64,000 nt of DNA from Cytophagia bacterium (GCA_004294005.1 RDZP01000002.1:2272-66271); one strand, 5' to 3'; counted from the stretch's first letter, positions 53,713 to 63,322 are shown. The notes: a model not told the origin generated them from the sequence alone. Program-made: numbers and translations.

Positions 53713-55116
53713 TTATTTTTTATTCCATTTTATGATTGCGGTTTGTATTCTTCTTTTATTATGTTTTGTAACTTGTATTTCATAATTTCCTACCATTACA
53801 GGTTCTGAAATAGAAGGGATTTTTCCACATTCGTGGATAATCAATCCTGAGAGTGTATCATAGTCCATTCCTTCAGGCATTCTTTCAGGGAGCATTTCGT
53901 TGAGATTACTTAGTCTTGCTAAACCATTGGCAACAAATTCATTTTCGCTCATTGGCATCAAAATATCTTGCAAAGCATCATATTCATCATAAATTTCACC
54001 CAAAAATTCTTCCAAAATATCTTCCATCGTAATAATGCCTACAAATTTCTTTTCATCATTAATAACCACTGCAAATTGCAATGCTTTTTGTTGAAACTTT
54101 TGTAGTACTTCACCTAATTTTACATGTTCACGCACATAATAAGGTTTTTTTAGGATGTCTTTGATATTAATCTCTTCATCAGGTCTTTTTTTATAGTCTT
54201 GCCAAAGTCTCATCAAATCTTTACTATATAATACACCAATGATATTATTAGGATTTTCCTTATAAACAGGAATACGCGAATAACCTTCTTTGATAACTTC
54301 TTCAATCAATTTTTTGAAAGGTTGTTCCACATCAATCATAAAAACCCTTTCACCTGTAATGGCTGCTTTTCTTACTTCTAAATCATCAAATTTTAAAACT
54401 CTTTGAATGATTGACATTTTATTGAATTGCAGTTCTTTGTCGTTGATATTTTCGTTATGTTCTTCGTGTTCTTCGTTATTGCGTGAATTTTTATGCTTAT
54501 TTTCTTTTCCAGAATCATAAGCATTTTGTTCAGCACTAACGCTATTTTCGATAATGAGTTGTAACTCATCCATCGAATGGACTTCGTGTCCATGATTAGA
54601 AGCTTCTATTCCAAACTTTAATAAAATCCAATTTGCTAACCCATTAGCGACTTTTACAAATGGAATAAATAAAATATAACAAATACGCAAAGGGACTGCT
54701 AAATACAATGTCAGTTCCAACGGATGACGAATAGCAACATTTTTGGGTATCATTTCTCCAAAAATAACGTGTAAAGAAGTTACAAAACTAAACGAAAGTA
54801 CAATTGCTATTTGGTGTGCAATGACAGTATGGATATCAATACCTACCATACTCATTAAATTTGTTACAGCAGTATGGGCAACACTTTCACCTATCCAACC
54901 TAATGCTAAGCTTGCAATTGTGATACCTAATTGAGTGGCTGCCAAATATGCTTCCAAATTTTTGATGATATGGTCAGTAATTTTTCGTAATCGGGTGCCT
55001 TCTTTGGTACTAAGGGCTAATTGTGAAGTACGAACTTTTACCATTGCAAATTCTGCAGCAACAAAGAAACCATTTAAGGTAACTAAAATAATTATCAATA
55101 TAAAACCAATCAGCAT
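53713..55116 (-). CDS. CNNM/HlyC-CorC family transporter-associated protein (DUF21 + CBS pair + CorC_HlyC)
   Basis: A DUF21 TM domain (NGFFVAAEFAMVKVR), a CBS pair (IPVY......IGVLY.KDL; AVVI.D.....G.IT.EDILEE) and a C-terminal transporter-associated domain. It also has a ~50-aa His/Glu/Asn-rich insertion between DUF21 and CBS. Confidence 0.85.
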   Translation of the reverse strand: MLIGFILIIILVTLNGFFVAAEFAMVKVRTSQLALSTKEGTRLRKITDHIIKNLEAYLAATQLGITIASLALGWIGESVAHTAVTNLMSMVGIDIHTVIAHQIAIVLSFSFVTSLHVIFGEMIPKNVAIRHPLELTLYLAVPLRICYILFIPFVKVANGLANWILLKFGIEASNHGHEVHSMDELQLIIENSVSAEQNAYDSGKENKHKNSRNNEEHEEHNENINDKELQFNKMSIIQRVLKFDDLEVRKAAITGERVFMIDVEQPFKKLIEEVIKEGYSRIPVYKENPNNIIGVLYSKDLMRLWQDYKKRPDEEINIKDILKKPYYVREHVKLGEVLQKFQQKALQFAVVINDEKKFVGIITMEDILEEFLGEIYDEYDALQDILMPMSENEFVANGLARLSNLNEMLPERMPEGMDYDTLSGLIIHECGKIPSISEPVMVGNYEIQVTKHNKRRIQTAIIKWNKK

Positions 55117-55203
55117 AATTTTAAAATTTCTCCATTTTATTCAAAGAATTTTTTTTTTATTTTTTGATAAATTACCCTAAGGAGAGGGTTTAATTTTTTA
55201 TTG

Positions 55204-56106
55204 TTAAAAATATATATTTTGAATTGCCCTAAATGTATTGGCGTGGGCTTCTATGATATCACTTATTTTGGGTGAATAACCACCTCCCATAGTTACTACA
55301 ATAGGAATTTTATTTTTTTTTGTTAATTTTAATACAAATTCATCTCTTTTTTTGCAGCCTTGATGCGTAACGGCTAATCTTCCTAATTTATCAGTTATCA
55401 AAATATCGACTCCTGCTTGATAAAATATAATCTCAGGTTGAAAAGTATCTATTACCAAAGGCAAATGATACGCCAATTTTTTCAAATATTCATCATCACC
55501 AATTCCATCAGGCAAACCTATGTCCAAATCAGAGTTTTCTTTTCTTAAAGGATAGTTTTTTTCACCATGCATACTCATTGTAAAAACTCTTTTTTCGTTT
55601 TTGAATATTTCGGCAGTGCCATTGCCTTGATGCACATCTAAATCTAAAATTAATATTTTTGTATATCTTTTATTGTCTAATAAATATTGTGCTGCCATTG
55701 CCAAATCATTCAACAAACAAAATCCCTCACCTCTATCTGTAAAAGAATGGTGTGTACCACCTGCAATATTGGCACTGATACCATGTTGTAGAGCAAAAAA
55801 GGTGCTATTTAATGTTCCTTGTGCAATAATTCTTTCTCTTGTGATTAGTTCGTGTGAATGTGGAAAACCACTTGCCCGCACTTCGGCAGGTGAAAGTATC
55901 AAATTTTTGAGTTGATGCCAATAGACAGATGTATGAATGGTTGTGATGATATTCTCTGCTAATACTTCGGGGACGAAAAAATTATCTTCCTCTGCCGTTC
56001 CTTCATATAAAAGTTGCGAATAAAGAATATCATATTTTTCCATAGGAAATCGGTGTCCTTCGGGCAATTGATGCGAGTAAGTAGGAGAATAAGCAATCTT
56101 TAACAA
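55204..56106 (-). CDS. histone deacetylase-family (class II-like) amidohydrolase
   Basis: The motifs GGTHHSF..RGEGFC, LDLDVHQGNG and GGGY. 300 aa with a TTG start in the track. Confidence 0.85.
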   Translation of the reverse strand: MLKIAYSPTYSHQLPEGHRFPMEKYDILYSQLLYEGTAEEDNFFVPEVLAENIITTIHTSVYWHQLKNLILSPAEVRASGFPHSHELITRERIIAQGTLNSTFFALQHGISANIAGGTHHSFTDRGEGFCLLNDLAMAAQYLLDNKRYTKILILDLDVHQGNGTAEIFKNEKRVFTMSMHGEKNYPLRKENSDLDIGLPDGIGDDEYLKKLAYHLPLVIDTFQPEIIFYQAGVDILITDKLGRLAVTHQGCKKRDEFVLKLTKKNKIPIVVTMGGGYSPKISDIIEAHANTFRAIQNIYF

Positions 56107-56350
56107 AATAAATAATATTAAATAATAAAGTGTGTAACTTGATGTATAAAAAAAATATGGTGCAAATTTATATCTTTTTTTACACTTTATTTAATTTATA
56201 GGTAATAAATCATAAAATTTTTACACTTTTCATCAAAATACAAGCATATAAATAATGTAATTATTTGATAATCAAGTCAATAAAATAATGGTAATCAATA
56301 AATATATAATTGTTAGATATTTTTTTTGGTAACATTCAATAAAAAAGATG

Positions 56351-58273
56351 TTAAAAATCAATTTTTCCACCTACAATTAAAATATCATCAATTTGATTTT
56401 CTTTTTTGCCCATCCAATCATTAATGGTATCATTCAAAATTTTTCTTTGTGTTTGTGCAGGTGATTGATAAATTTTTGTCAATAATTCTTTAAAATTTTT
56501 AGACATAAATTTACGGTTTTCTGCTCCTCCAAATTGGTCTGCATATCCATCAGAAAACAAATAAAAACATGTAGGAATAGAAACATCAATTATGTTTGCT
56601 ACAAATTTTCTATCAGAATTATCTCTATTTTTGAGTGTACCACCAATGCCAAATTTTGTTGCTTTTATCTCAAAAAAAGTATCATTTTGAAAATAATACA
56701 AAGAATTATTGGCACCTGCATATTCCAAAGTTTTGGTATTTCTATCTACAATAATCAATGCAATATCCATTCCATCTCTATTTTTGGTATCTTTTTGATT
56801 TAAAGCCGTAAAAATTCCTTCGTTTAAGGCATCTAAAATCAAATTAGCACTATGAATTTCTTTATCGTGGATAATTTGATCGAGTAGTGAGCTACCAACC
56901 ATTGACATAAAAGCACCAGGCACACCATGCCCTGTACAATCTGCCACTGCTAAAATATATTTATTCCCTTTTTCAGCAATCCAATAAAAATCACCCGAAA
57001 CTATATCTCTTGGTTTCCAAAGTATAAAAAAATCATCAGTGGGAAATTTTTGTAATAAAGTTGGGTTAGCAAGCATCGCACTTTGAATCCTAAAAGCATA
57101 TTCGATACTTGATGTAATTTGTTCATTTTTATAGTTTAATTCATCTAAAGTTTTGACAAGACTTTGATTTTGTGAAAAAATATAGTCTTTTTGTGCCATA
57201 ATTTCATCTTGTTGAGTAAGAATTGCATTATTTCTTTCATTTAATAAATCATTGCTTTTTCTTTTTTCGCGATAACGCAAAGTCAAAACAGATAAAAATA
57301 AAATCAGTAAAGAAACTCCTATAATGAGGGCATATTGAATAATACGTTGTCTATCTTGTTGCGATTCAATTTGTTTTATTTTCAAATTTTTCACTTCTTT
57401 CTCTTTCTCAGCTGCTATTTGTGCTAACTCTGCTTTTGTTTTTTGAGAAAATAAAATTTGATTAGAGTCTTTTGTATCTTTGAGTTCTTCATCTTTTGCC
57501 CTCAAACTAAAATCTTTAAAAGACAATTCTTTTTCTTTTACCTCTAACTCTAATTCTTTTATTTTTTTATCAGAAGCCAAATCTTTTGCTATTAAGTTGG
57601 CTTTTTCTGCCTCAAATTTTGATTTTTCAACTTCAATTTTTGCTTTTATATCCCTATCTTTCTGTACCTTTTCGTGAAAAAGTCTATATAAATCAAAATA
57701 ATAACGAGATTTTTCGCTGTTATTGGCTTTGTCGTAAGTTTCTGCTAACATTCCATAACAACTACGCATTTGATTGGCATCACTCATTTGTCTTGCATAT
57801 TCTAATGATTCTTCCAACCTTTGTATCGATTGTGTATATTGTTGTAGATTATTATGACAAACAGATAAATTTATCAATGAAGAAATCATACCTACCTTAT
57901 CTTTTGTTTTTTTTCGTCCTGCCAGAGTATATTCAAAATGACTAATTGCTTTTTGATATTCTTTTTTATCGGCACATATCATTCCTATATTATTGTGGAG
58001 CATCATTACTCCATTTTCATTGCCAATTTCTTTGTTGAGTTGCATAGATTTTTCAAACCATTGTGTTGCACAATCGTAAGATTTATTTTCCCAACAAATA
58101 GAAGCAACATGATTAAAATAACGAGTTGCTTCTTTTTTATCACCTATACTTTCTTTCTCTTGGGCGATTTTCAGTGCTTCTTCTTTGGTTATATCAGCCA
58201 AGTTACGCACTTGACAAAAAATAACATTTGAAAAAGGAAAACAAAGCAAAAAAATAATTAAAATAAACTTCAT
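56351..58273 (-). CDS. SpoIIE/PP2C-family sensor phosphatase (TPR sensor, coiled coil, TM, PP2C)
   Basis: Signal peptide, about 5 TPR units, a long coiled coil and a TM helix (YALIIGVSLLILFLSVLTL). The PP2C blocks are YAFRIQSAMLA, DIVSGDFYW and VADCTGHGVPGAFMS. Confidence 0.85.
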   Translation of the reverse strand: MKFILIIFLLCFPFSNVIFCQVRNLADITKEEALKIAQEKESIGDKKEATRYFNHVASICWENKSYDCATQWFEKSMQLNKEIGNENGVMMLHNNIGMICADKKEYQKAISHFEYTLAGRKKTKDKVGMISSLINLSVCHNNLQQYTQSIQRLEESLEYARQMSDANQMRSCYGMLAETYDKANNSEKSRYYFDLYRLFHEKVQKDRDIKAKIEVEKSKFEAEKANLIAKDLASDKKIKELELEVKEKELSFKDFSLRAKDEELKDTKDSNQILFSQKTKAELAQIAAEKEKEVKNLKIKQIESQQDRQRIIQYALIIGVSLLILFLSVLTLRYREKRKSNDLLNERNNAILTQQDEIMAQKDYIFSQNQSLVKTLDELNYKNEQITSSIEYAFRIQSAMLANPTLLQKFPTDDFFILWKPRDIVSGDFYWIAEKGNKYILAVADCTGHGVPGAFMSMVGSSLLDQIIHDKEIHSANLILDALNEGIFTALNQKDTKNRDGMDIALIIVDRNTKTLEYAGANNSLYYFQNDTFFEIKATKFGIGGTLKNRDNSDRKFVANIIDVSIPTCFYLFSDGYADQFGGAENRKFMSKNFKELLTKIYQSPAQTQRKILNDTINDWMGKKENQIDDILIVGGKIDF

Positions 58274-58389
58274 TGTAATATTTTTAGGAATAAAATTTAA
58301 TTTTTGAAAGAAGAAGAAAAACTATTAATATTGGTTGGTCTAAAAAAAGAGTAATTTTTACATATTTTACTCTTATTTTCAGGCTGTCA

Positions 58390-59034
58390 TTATAGTAATG
58401 TTAGAGCTAAAATTATTAAGCCAACAAATGTCAATACGCCATATCCAAAATTTGACCATACTTTTTTGCGTTTGATATGTCCCGCTTCTTCTCTGTATCC
58501 ACCTGAATAAGCCCTGTCTTCGAGTAGTTCGGGATAAGGACAACCCAAGTTTTTATCCATAGGATTAAAAGAACAAAACAAAGCGGATATCAAACCGAAA
58601 GGTGGATAAAGAGAAATAATGTAAGTAGCGGTAGAAGCCGCTTTATAATCTCTATAAAACTTTCTTGCATCTTCTCTCCCTCGCAGATACATATTCAAAT
58701 TATCAGATTTGAAAGGTGTGTTTTTAGGAGTAAGTCTTTTATCATTACTGATAATTATATTATTATTTTCAGGATTTTCTATTATTTTATTTTCTTTTTT
58801 ACCCAATCTAATATATTGAATTTCTGACATATCGATAGAGGTTGCAATTTGTAAATCTTGTTGAAAATAGCGTACACTCAAGGGCGTTATTTCAATTATT
58901 TTTGTTATGATTTTCATGCCATTTTTTAAAACGATTGTATCTTGTTGAGCTGCAATAATACGATTATCAGAAGATGAAAATAAATTATTTACAAAGAAAA
59001 TGTAGAAAAATGTAAAAAAAAAGATAGATTTCAT
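58390..59034 (-). CDS. hypothetical membrane-associated protein
   Basis: Signal peptide. There are hydrophobic segments near aa 140-160 and at the C-terminus (GYGVLTFVGLIILALTLL). No family recognised. Confidence 0.45.
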   Translation of the reverse strand: MKSIFFFTFFYIFFVNNLFSSSDNRIIAAQQDTIVLKNGMKIITKIIEITPLSVRYFQQDLQIATSIDMSEIQYIRLGKKENKIIENPENNNIIISNDKRLTPKNTPFKSDNLNMYLRGREDARKFYRDYKAASTATYIISLYPPFGLISALFCSFNPMDKNLGCPYPELLEDRAYSGGYREEAGHIKRKKVWSNFGYGVLTFVGLIILALTLL

Positions 59035-59121
59035 AACGTTTTATTTTTTAGTTTTAATTTTCGTTACAAATATAGGTAATAATTACGAAAATATTGTTAA
59101 AAATAATAAAAACAATAAAAA

Positions 59122-59739
59122 TTAGTCTTGAAACAAAGCCAATTTTGTTACTTGTTTACTTCCTTTAAAAGCAACAATCGTTCCTTTCACTGCTGCATCT
59201 TGTTTTTCTAAAAATTTTAAAAAAGCTATTGCCTCATGATAACTTTTAAAATTTCCGATGAGATATTTTGTCAATTCTTTTTTATTTTTTGGTTTGATAA
59301 TCATAAAATTGGGTTGTAAAGTGTTAAATTTATCTATTCCATGATTTTTTAAAGCAGCAATTTGAATTTTAAAACTTAATTGCCTATTATAATGTGTTTT
59401 CTTTTTGTGTTGATGTTCTTTGACAAATAACAAAGAATCAAGAATAAATTGTTTTCTATCAGCCACATCAGCAAAATCATCAAAAGTTTTCAAAGATTTG
59501 AGATAAAAAGAAGTATCATTTTTCATTTGTTCTTTTGCTTGTTGTGTATCTATTATTTTTTTATCTTTTGTTTTTTTGATATTTTCTGACCATTTTTTGA
59601 AGCCTTCCAAATCTTTTTTCCACGCTTTAATTTCTTTTTTGAGCATTTTTTTTTCTTTTTTAGATAATTCCTGTGCAAAAGAATTAGTTATTAAAAGAAA
59701 ATTAAAAGAAATTAAAAAAATAAATAAAGTATATTTCAT
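59122..59739 (-). CDS. secreted protein with C-terminal SPOR-like domain
   Basis: Signal peptide and a Lys-rich coiled region. The C-terminal FKIQIAALKN....F.........I........KYLIGNFKSYHEAIAFLKFL resembles the SPOR peptidoglycan-binding pattern. The call is tentative. Confidence 0.4.
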   Translation of the reverse strand: MKYTLFIFLISFNFLLITNSFAQELSKKEKKMLKKEIKAWKKDLEGFKKWSENIKKTKDKKIIDTQQAKEQMKNDTSFYLKSLKTFDDFADVADRKQFILDSLLFVKEHQHKKKTHYNRQLSFKIQIAALKNHGIDKFNTLQPNFMIIKPKNKKELTKYLIGNFKSYHEAIAFLKFLEKQDAAVKGTIVAFKGSKQVTKLALFQD

Positions 59740-59786
59740 TGTTTTGCAATATTTTTGCGTTTAAATTAAAAACAAGCAAAAGTAAA

Positions 59787-59794
59787 TAATTTTG
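59787..59794 (+). promoter_or_regulatory. candidate -7 promoter box (TAATTTTG)
   Basis: A perfect TAnnTTTG 31 nt upstream of the ATG at 59825. Confidence 0.45.
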
Positions 59795-59824
59795 CTGCAT
59801 TATTGAAATTTTAAAGACAATACA

Positions 59825-60277
59825 ATGAAAAAAATATTTTTAGTAAGCATTTTTGCTTTATTTCTATTTTCAACTATGAGCGCTCAAACCGCAAAAAAAG
59901 GTAAAAAAGAAGGTGTTAATTTTTTTGAAGGCACTTGGAACGAACTTTTAGAAAAGGCAAAAAAAGACAAAAAACCTTTTTGGGTTGATGTTTATACAAC
60001 TTGGTGTGGCCCTTGCAAAATGATGGCAAGACAAACTTTTGCTGATGCAGAAGTAGGCAAATTTACTGATACTCATTTTATTTCTTATAAACTTGATGCT
60101 GAAAAAGGCGAAGGCGTTTCAATTTCTGAAAAATATGGTGTAGAAGCCTATCCTACTTTTTTGATTTTTAATGCAGAAGGTAAACTAATTTCAAAAGAAG
60201 AAGGTTTTATGGACGCTGAAAGATTTGTTTATGTATTAGAAAAACACAAAGAAACTAAAAGCAAAAACAAAAAGTAA
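59825..60277 (+). CDS. secreted thioredoxin-family protein
   Basis: Signal peptide, active site WCGPC, and a conserved cis-Pro context (YPTFLIF). Confidence 0.8.
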   Translation: MKKIFLVSIFALFLFSTMSAQTAKKGKKEGVNFFEGTWNELLEKAKKDKKPFWVDVYTTWCGPCKMMARQTFADAEVGKFTDTHFISYKLDAEKGEGVSISEKYGVEAYPTFLIFNAEGKLISKEEGFMDAERFVYVLEKHKETKSKNKK

Positions 60278-60288
60278 AAAATACAAAT

Positions 60289-60329
60289 AACTTTTGGAAT
60301 TTTAAAAATTTTCAAAAGTTGTTTTTTTA
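60289..60329 (+). terminator. Rho-independent terminator
   Basis: Stem AACTTTTG(GAA) (60289-60299) / (TTT)CAAAAGTT (60310-60320) followed by GTTTTTTT. It lies 12 nt after the thioredoxin gene stop. Confidence 0.6.
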
Positions 60330-60364
60330 TCGCTATTAATTCAAAATATTAGCACCAAATTTTA

Positions 60365-62275
60365 ATGACTATTCATGAAGTTTTAGAAAAATATTGGGGA
60401 TACAAACAATTCAGAACATTACAAGAAGATATTATCAATGCAGTGATTGATGGCAATGATACATTGGCATTGATGCCTACAGGCGGTGGAAAATCTATCT
60501 GTTTTCAAGTACCTGCTTTGATAAATGAAGGTGTATGTATTGTAGTTTCACCTTTGATTGCTTTGATGAAAGACCAAGTAGAACAATTACAACAAAGAGG
60601 AATTTCAGCGGCTTCTATTTCATCTGCAATGAGCCACAAAGCCATTGACAAAACCTTAGACTTAGCAGTAGAAGGAAAAATCAAATTTTTGTATGTATCT
60701 CCCGAAAGGTTACAAACCGAACTGATGCGTGAGCGTCCAAAACGTATGAAAATTGGTCTATTGGCAATAGACGAAGCCCATTGTATTTCTCAATGGGGTT
60801 ATGATTTTCGCCCTCCTTATCTTCAAATTGCAACATTCAGAGAACTTTTTGCTGATGTTACTTGTATAGCACTTACCGCCACTGCCACACCAAAAGTAGC
60901 ACAAGATATTCAAGATAAACTTAATTTTAAAAGCAATAAAAAGGTATTTCAAAAAAGTTTTGCCAGAGATAATTTATCTTACTCATCTATTTTAGAAGAA
61001 GCAAAAGAACAAAAACTATTAAAAATTTTACAGAATATAAAAGGAAGTGCAGTCGTTTATCTTAGAAGCAGAGCAAGAGTAGAAAAAACAACTCATTTTC
61101 TCTATCAAAATGGAATTTCTGTTGATTTTTATCACGCAGGACTCGAAAATGACATCAGAAATAAAAAACAAGAAAAATGGATAAAAGGTGAAACCAATGT
61201 AATTGTTGCTACCAACGCTTTTGGTATGGGTATTGATAAACCTGATGTGCGCGTGGTCGTGCATTTGGATTTGCCTGACAGTTTGGAGGCTTATTATCAA
61301 GAAGCAGGACGAGCAGGGCGAGATGAAAAAAAAGCATACGCAGTGGCTTTGTATAATCTGAAAGATTTGGCAGAATTGAGAGAAAAAACTTTGCAAAGTT
61401 TTCCAAGTATTGATACATTAAAAAGAGTTTATCAAGCCATTGGTAATTATTGTAATCTACCGATTGGTTATGGTGAATTTGATAGTTATGATTTTAATTT
61501 AGCAGAATTTTGTGAAAAATTTTCTATTGCTATTCAAGATGCTTTTCATTCTTTGAAAAGATTAGAAGAATTTGGTTTGATACAATTCAATGAAAGTTAT
61601 TTTCAGCCTTCAAAGTTGATGTTTATTCTAAAAGATAAAAAATTATATGAATTTAAACTCACAACACCCAATGCACAACCGATTATTGACCTTTTATTGC
61701 GATTGTATGGTGGTGCTACTAATCATAATTTTGTTAGAATTTACGAATCAGAACTTTCAAATCATCTTAAATTATCTATCAATCAAGTTAAAAATCAACT
61801 ATTACGGCTGCAAGAACTCAATGTAATTGCTTATCAACCACAAAAAGACCAAGCACAAATTATGTTGCTTACGCCGCGCATTGCACACGAAAATTTGCCT
61901 ATTTCTTTACCAAAATGGGAAATTAAAAAAAATAATGCTATCAATAAAATAGAAGCAGTCATTAATTATGTTACACAAAAAATGAGATGTAGAACACAAA
62001 CTTTGTTGGATTATTTTGGAGAAAATTATAATGTTTGTGGTGTCTGTGATAATTGTATTGAAAGAAAAAAAGAAGCAAAAAAATTAGCAGAAGAAAATAC
62101 AGATGATTTTCAAAAAATAAAAAAAACTTTGAGCAATGGTGCATTGCCTATCAAAATTTTGATAGAAAAATTAGGATTGAAAGATGAAAAACATTATCTT
62201 CAAATGATTAAAACTTTGCTAAAACATCAAGTTTTGCTACATCAGGAAGATGGGCGTATTGTTTGGAATGAGTAA
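60365..62275 (+). CDS. recQ: RecQ-family ATP-dependent DNA helicase
   Basis: Motif 0/I (FR..Q...I......G.D.L..MPTGGGKS), DEAH (AIDEAHCISQWGYDFRP), TATA, motif VI (YYQEAGRAGRD), and the RecQ zinc-finger cysteines (CR...LL.YFGE....CG.CDNC). Confidence 0.9.
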   Translation: MTIHEVLEKYWGYKQFRTLQEDIINAVIDGNDTLALMPTGGGKSICFQVPALINEGVCIVVSPLIALMKDQVEQLQQRGISAASISSAMSHKAIDKTLDLAVEGKIKFLYVSPERLQTELMRERPKRMKIGLLAIDEAHCISQWGYDFRPPYLQIATFRELFADVTCIALTATATPKVAQDIQDKLNFKSNKKVFQKSFARDNLSYSSILEEAKEQKLLKILQNIKGSAVVYLRSRARVEKTTHFLYQNGISVDFYHAGLENDIRNKKQEKWIKGETNVIVATNAFGMGIDKPDVRVVVHLDLPDSLEAYYQEAGRAGRDEKKAYAVALYNLKDLAELREKTLQSFPSIDTLKRVYQAIGNYCNLPIGYGEFDSYDFNLAEFCEKFSIAIQDAFHSLKRLEEFGLIQFNESYFQPSKLMFILKDKKLYEFKLTTPNAQPIIDLLLRLYGGATNHNFVRIYESELSNHLKLSINQVKNQLLRLQELNVIAYQPQKDQAQIMLLTPRIAHENLPISLPKWEIKKNNAINKIEAVINYVTQKMRCRTQTLLDYFGENYNVCGVCDNCIERKKEAKKLAEENTDDFQKIKKTLSNGALPIKILIEKLGLKDEKHYLQMIKTLLKHQVLLHQEDGRIVWNE

Positions 62276-62388
62276 TTTTTGATAATTGCGGAAATCTCTA
62301 AAATACTTTGCAGAAGGTGGCATAAATGGCAACATTCTACATAATTAAGCGTGAGTTCGGGGTAGTAATTGTTCAAAAAAGTGTGTAA

Positions 62389-62449
62389 TTTTTCATAAAA
62401 TGCGGTCAGACCTCCGTAAACTTCGGTACAGACCGCGTTTTATGAAAAA
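62389..62449. repeat. conserved-core hairpin repeat, copy 2 (nested in the MITE-like element)
   Basis: The 19-bp stem TTTTTCATAAAATGCGGTC / GACCGCGTTTTATGAAAAA (one T-G mismatch) encloses the core AGACCTCCGTAAACTTCGGTACA (62408-62430). Confidence 0.75.
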
Positions 62450-62469
62450 TGTTTAAAATAATTTTTTAA

Positions 62470-62524
62470 ATTTGAAATAATAGTCTGTAGCGTAGTTTAC
62501 GAAGGTCTGACTATTATTTCAAAT
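62470..62524. repeat. conserved-core hairpin repeat, copy 3 (inverted orientation)
   Basis: The perfect 16-bp stem ATTTGAAATAATAGTC / GACTATTATTTCAAAT encloses TGTAGCGTAGTTTACGAAGGTCT. Its reverse complement is 20/23 identical to the copy 2 core. Confidence 0.75.
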
Positions 62525-62605
62525 TACTTTTTTATGTAAAAAGGTGGTATTTATGCCGCCTCAAATACCTTTTTTTGAAGATTTCCGCAATTATCAGTAA
62601 TTTTT

Positions 62606-63322
62606 TTAATCTTCTAATTGTCTTTTATACAACTGAATTGTATTTTCTAAACCTAAATAAATGGCATCACAAACCAACGCATGCCCAATCGAAACCTCTA
62701 ATAATGAAGGAATATTTTTTTTGAAATACGCTAAATTATTCAAATCTAAATCGTGTCCCGCATTCAAACCCAATCCACAATCTTTGATAATTGATAAATA
62801 TTGGGAATACTCTTGAATTGCTTTTTCTTTATTTTGATGGTAATGATGGGCATAAAATCCTGTATAAAATTCTATTCTATCTGCACCCACTTTCGCTGCA
62901 CCTTCTATCAAATTTGGTTCGGGATTCAAAAAAATAGAAGTTCTTATTTTATTGTCCCTAAAAATTTGTAAAATATCTTTTAGAAAATCAGCATTTTTGA
63001 TTGTGTCCCAACCTGTGTCAGAGGTGAGTACATCAGGAGCATCAGGTACAAGCGTAACTTGTGTAGGTTTTACTTTCAAAACTAAATCTATAAAATCATC
63101 AGTAGGATTTCCTTCGATATTAAATTCGGTATAAACGACTGATTTTAAATCTATTACATCTTGATAACGAATATGTCTTTCATCTGGTCGCGGGTGAACC
63201 GTAATGCCATCTGCGCCAAATCTTTGACAATCTTCTGCTATTTTTAAAATATTAGGATTATTTCCACCTCTTGCATTACGCAAAGTAGCAAATTTATTGA
63301 TATTAACACTTAATTTTGTCAT
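62606..63322 (-). CDS. pdxJ: pyridoxine 5'-phosphate synthase
   Basis: KLSVNINKFATLRNARGG, HPRPDERHI, NIEGNP and the C-terminal EVSIGHALV blocks typical of PdxJ. 238 aa. Confidence 0.9.
   Translation of the reverse strand: MTKLSVNINKFATLRNARGGNNPNILKIAEDCQRFGADGITVHPRPDERHIRYQDVIDLKSVVYTEFNIEGNPTDDFIDLVLKVKPTQVTLVPDAPDVLTSDTGWDTIKNADFLKDILQIFRDNKIRTSIFLNPEPNLIEGAAKVGADRIEFYTGFYAHHYHQNKEKAIQEYSQYLSIIKDCGLGLNAGHDLDLNNLAYFKKNIPSLLEVSIGHALVCDAIYLGLENTIQLYKRQLED

Larger units (their letters stand above)
62281..62595. mobile_element. 315-bp MITE-like non-autonomous element with perfect 17-bp terminal inverted repeats
   Basis: GATAATTGCGGAAATCT (62281-62297) is the exact reverse complement of 62579-62595. 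Identical AGTAATTTTT directly flanks both ends (62271-62280 and 62596-62605). There are inner inverted GGCATAAAT blocks, no ORF, and a related 83-bp copy at 7779-7861. Confidence 0.7.

Noticed and set aside
1-63322. pdxH at the left edge and pdxJ near the right edge, as a possible vitamin B6 cluster.
   Set aside because: They are 62 kb apart with unrelated genes between them, so this is coincidental.
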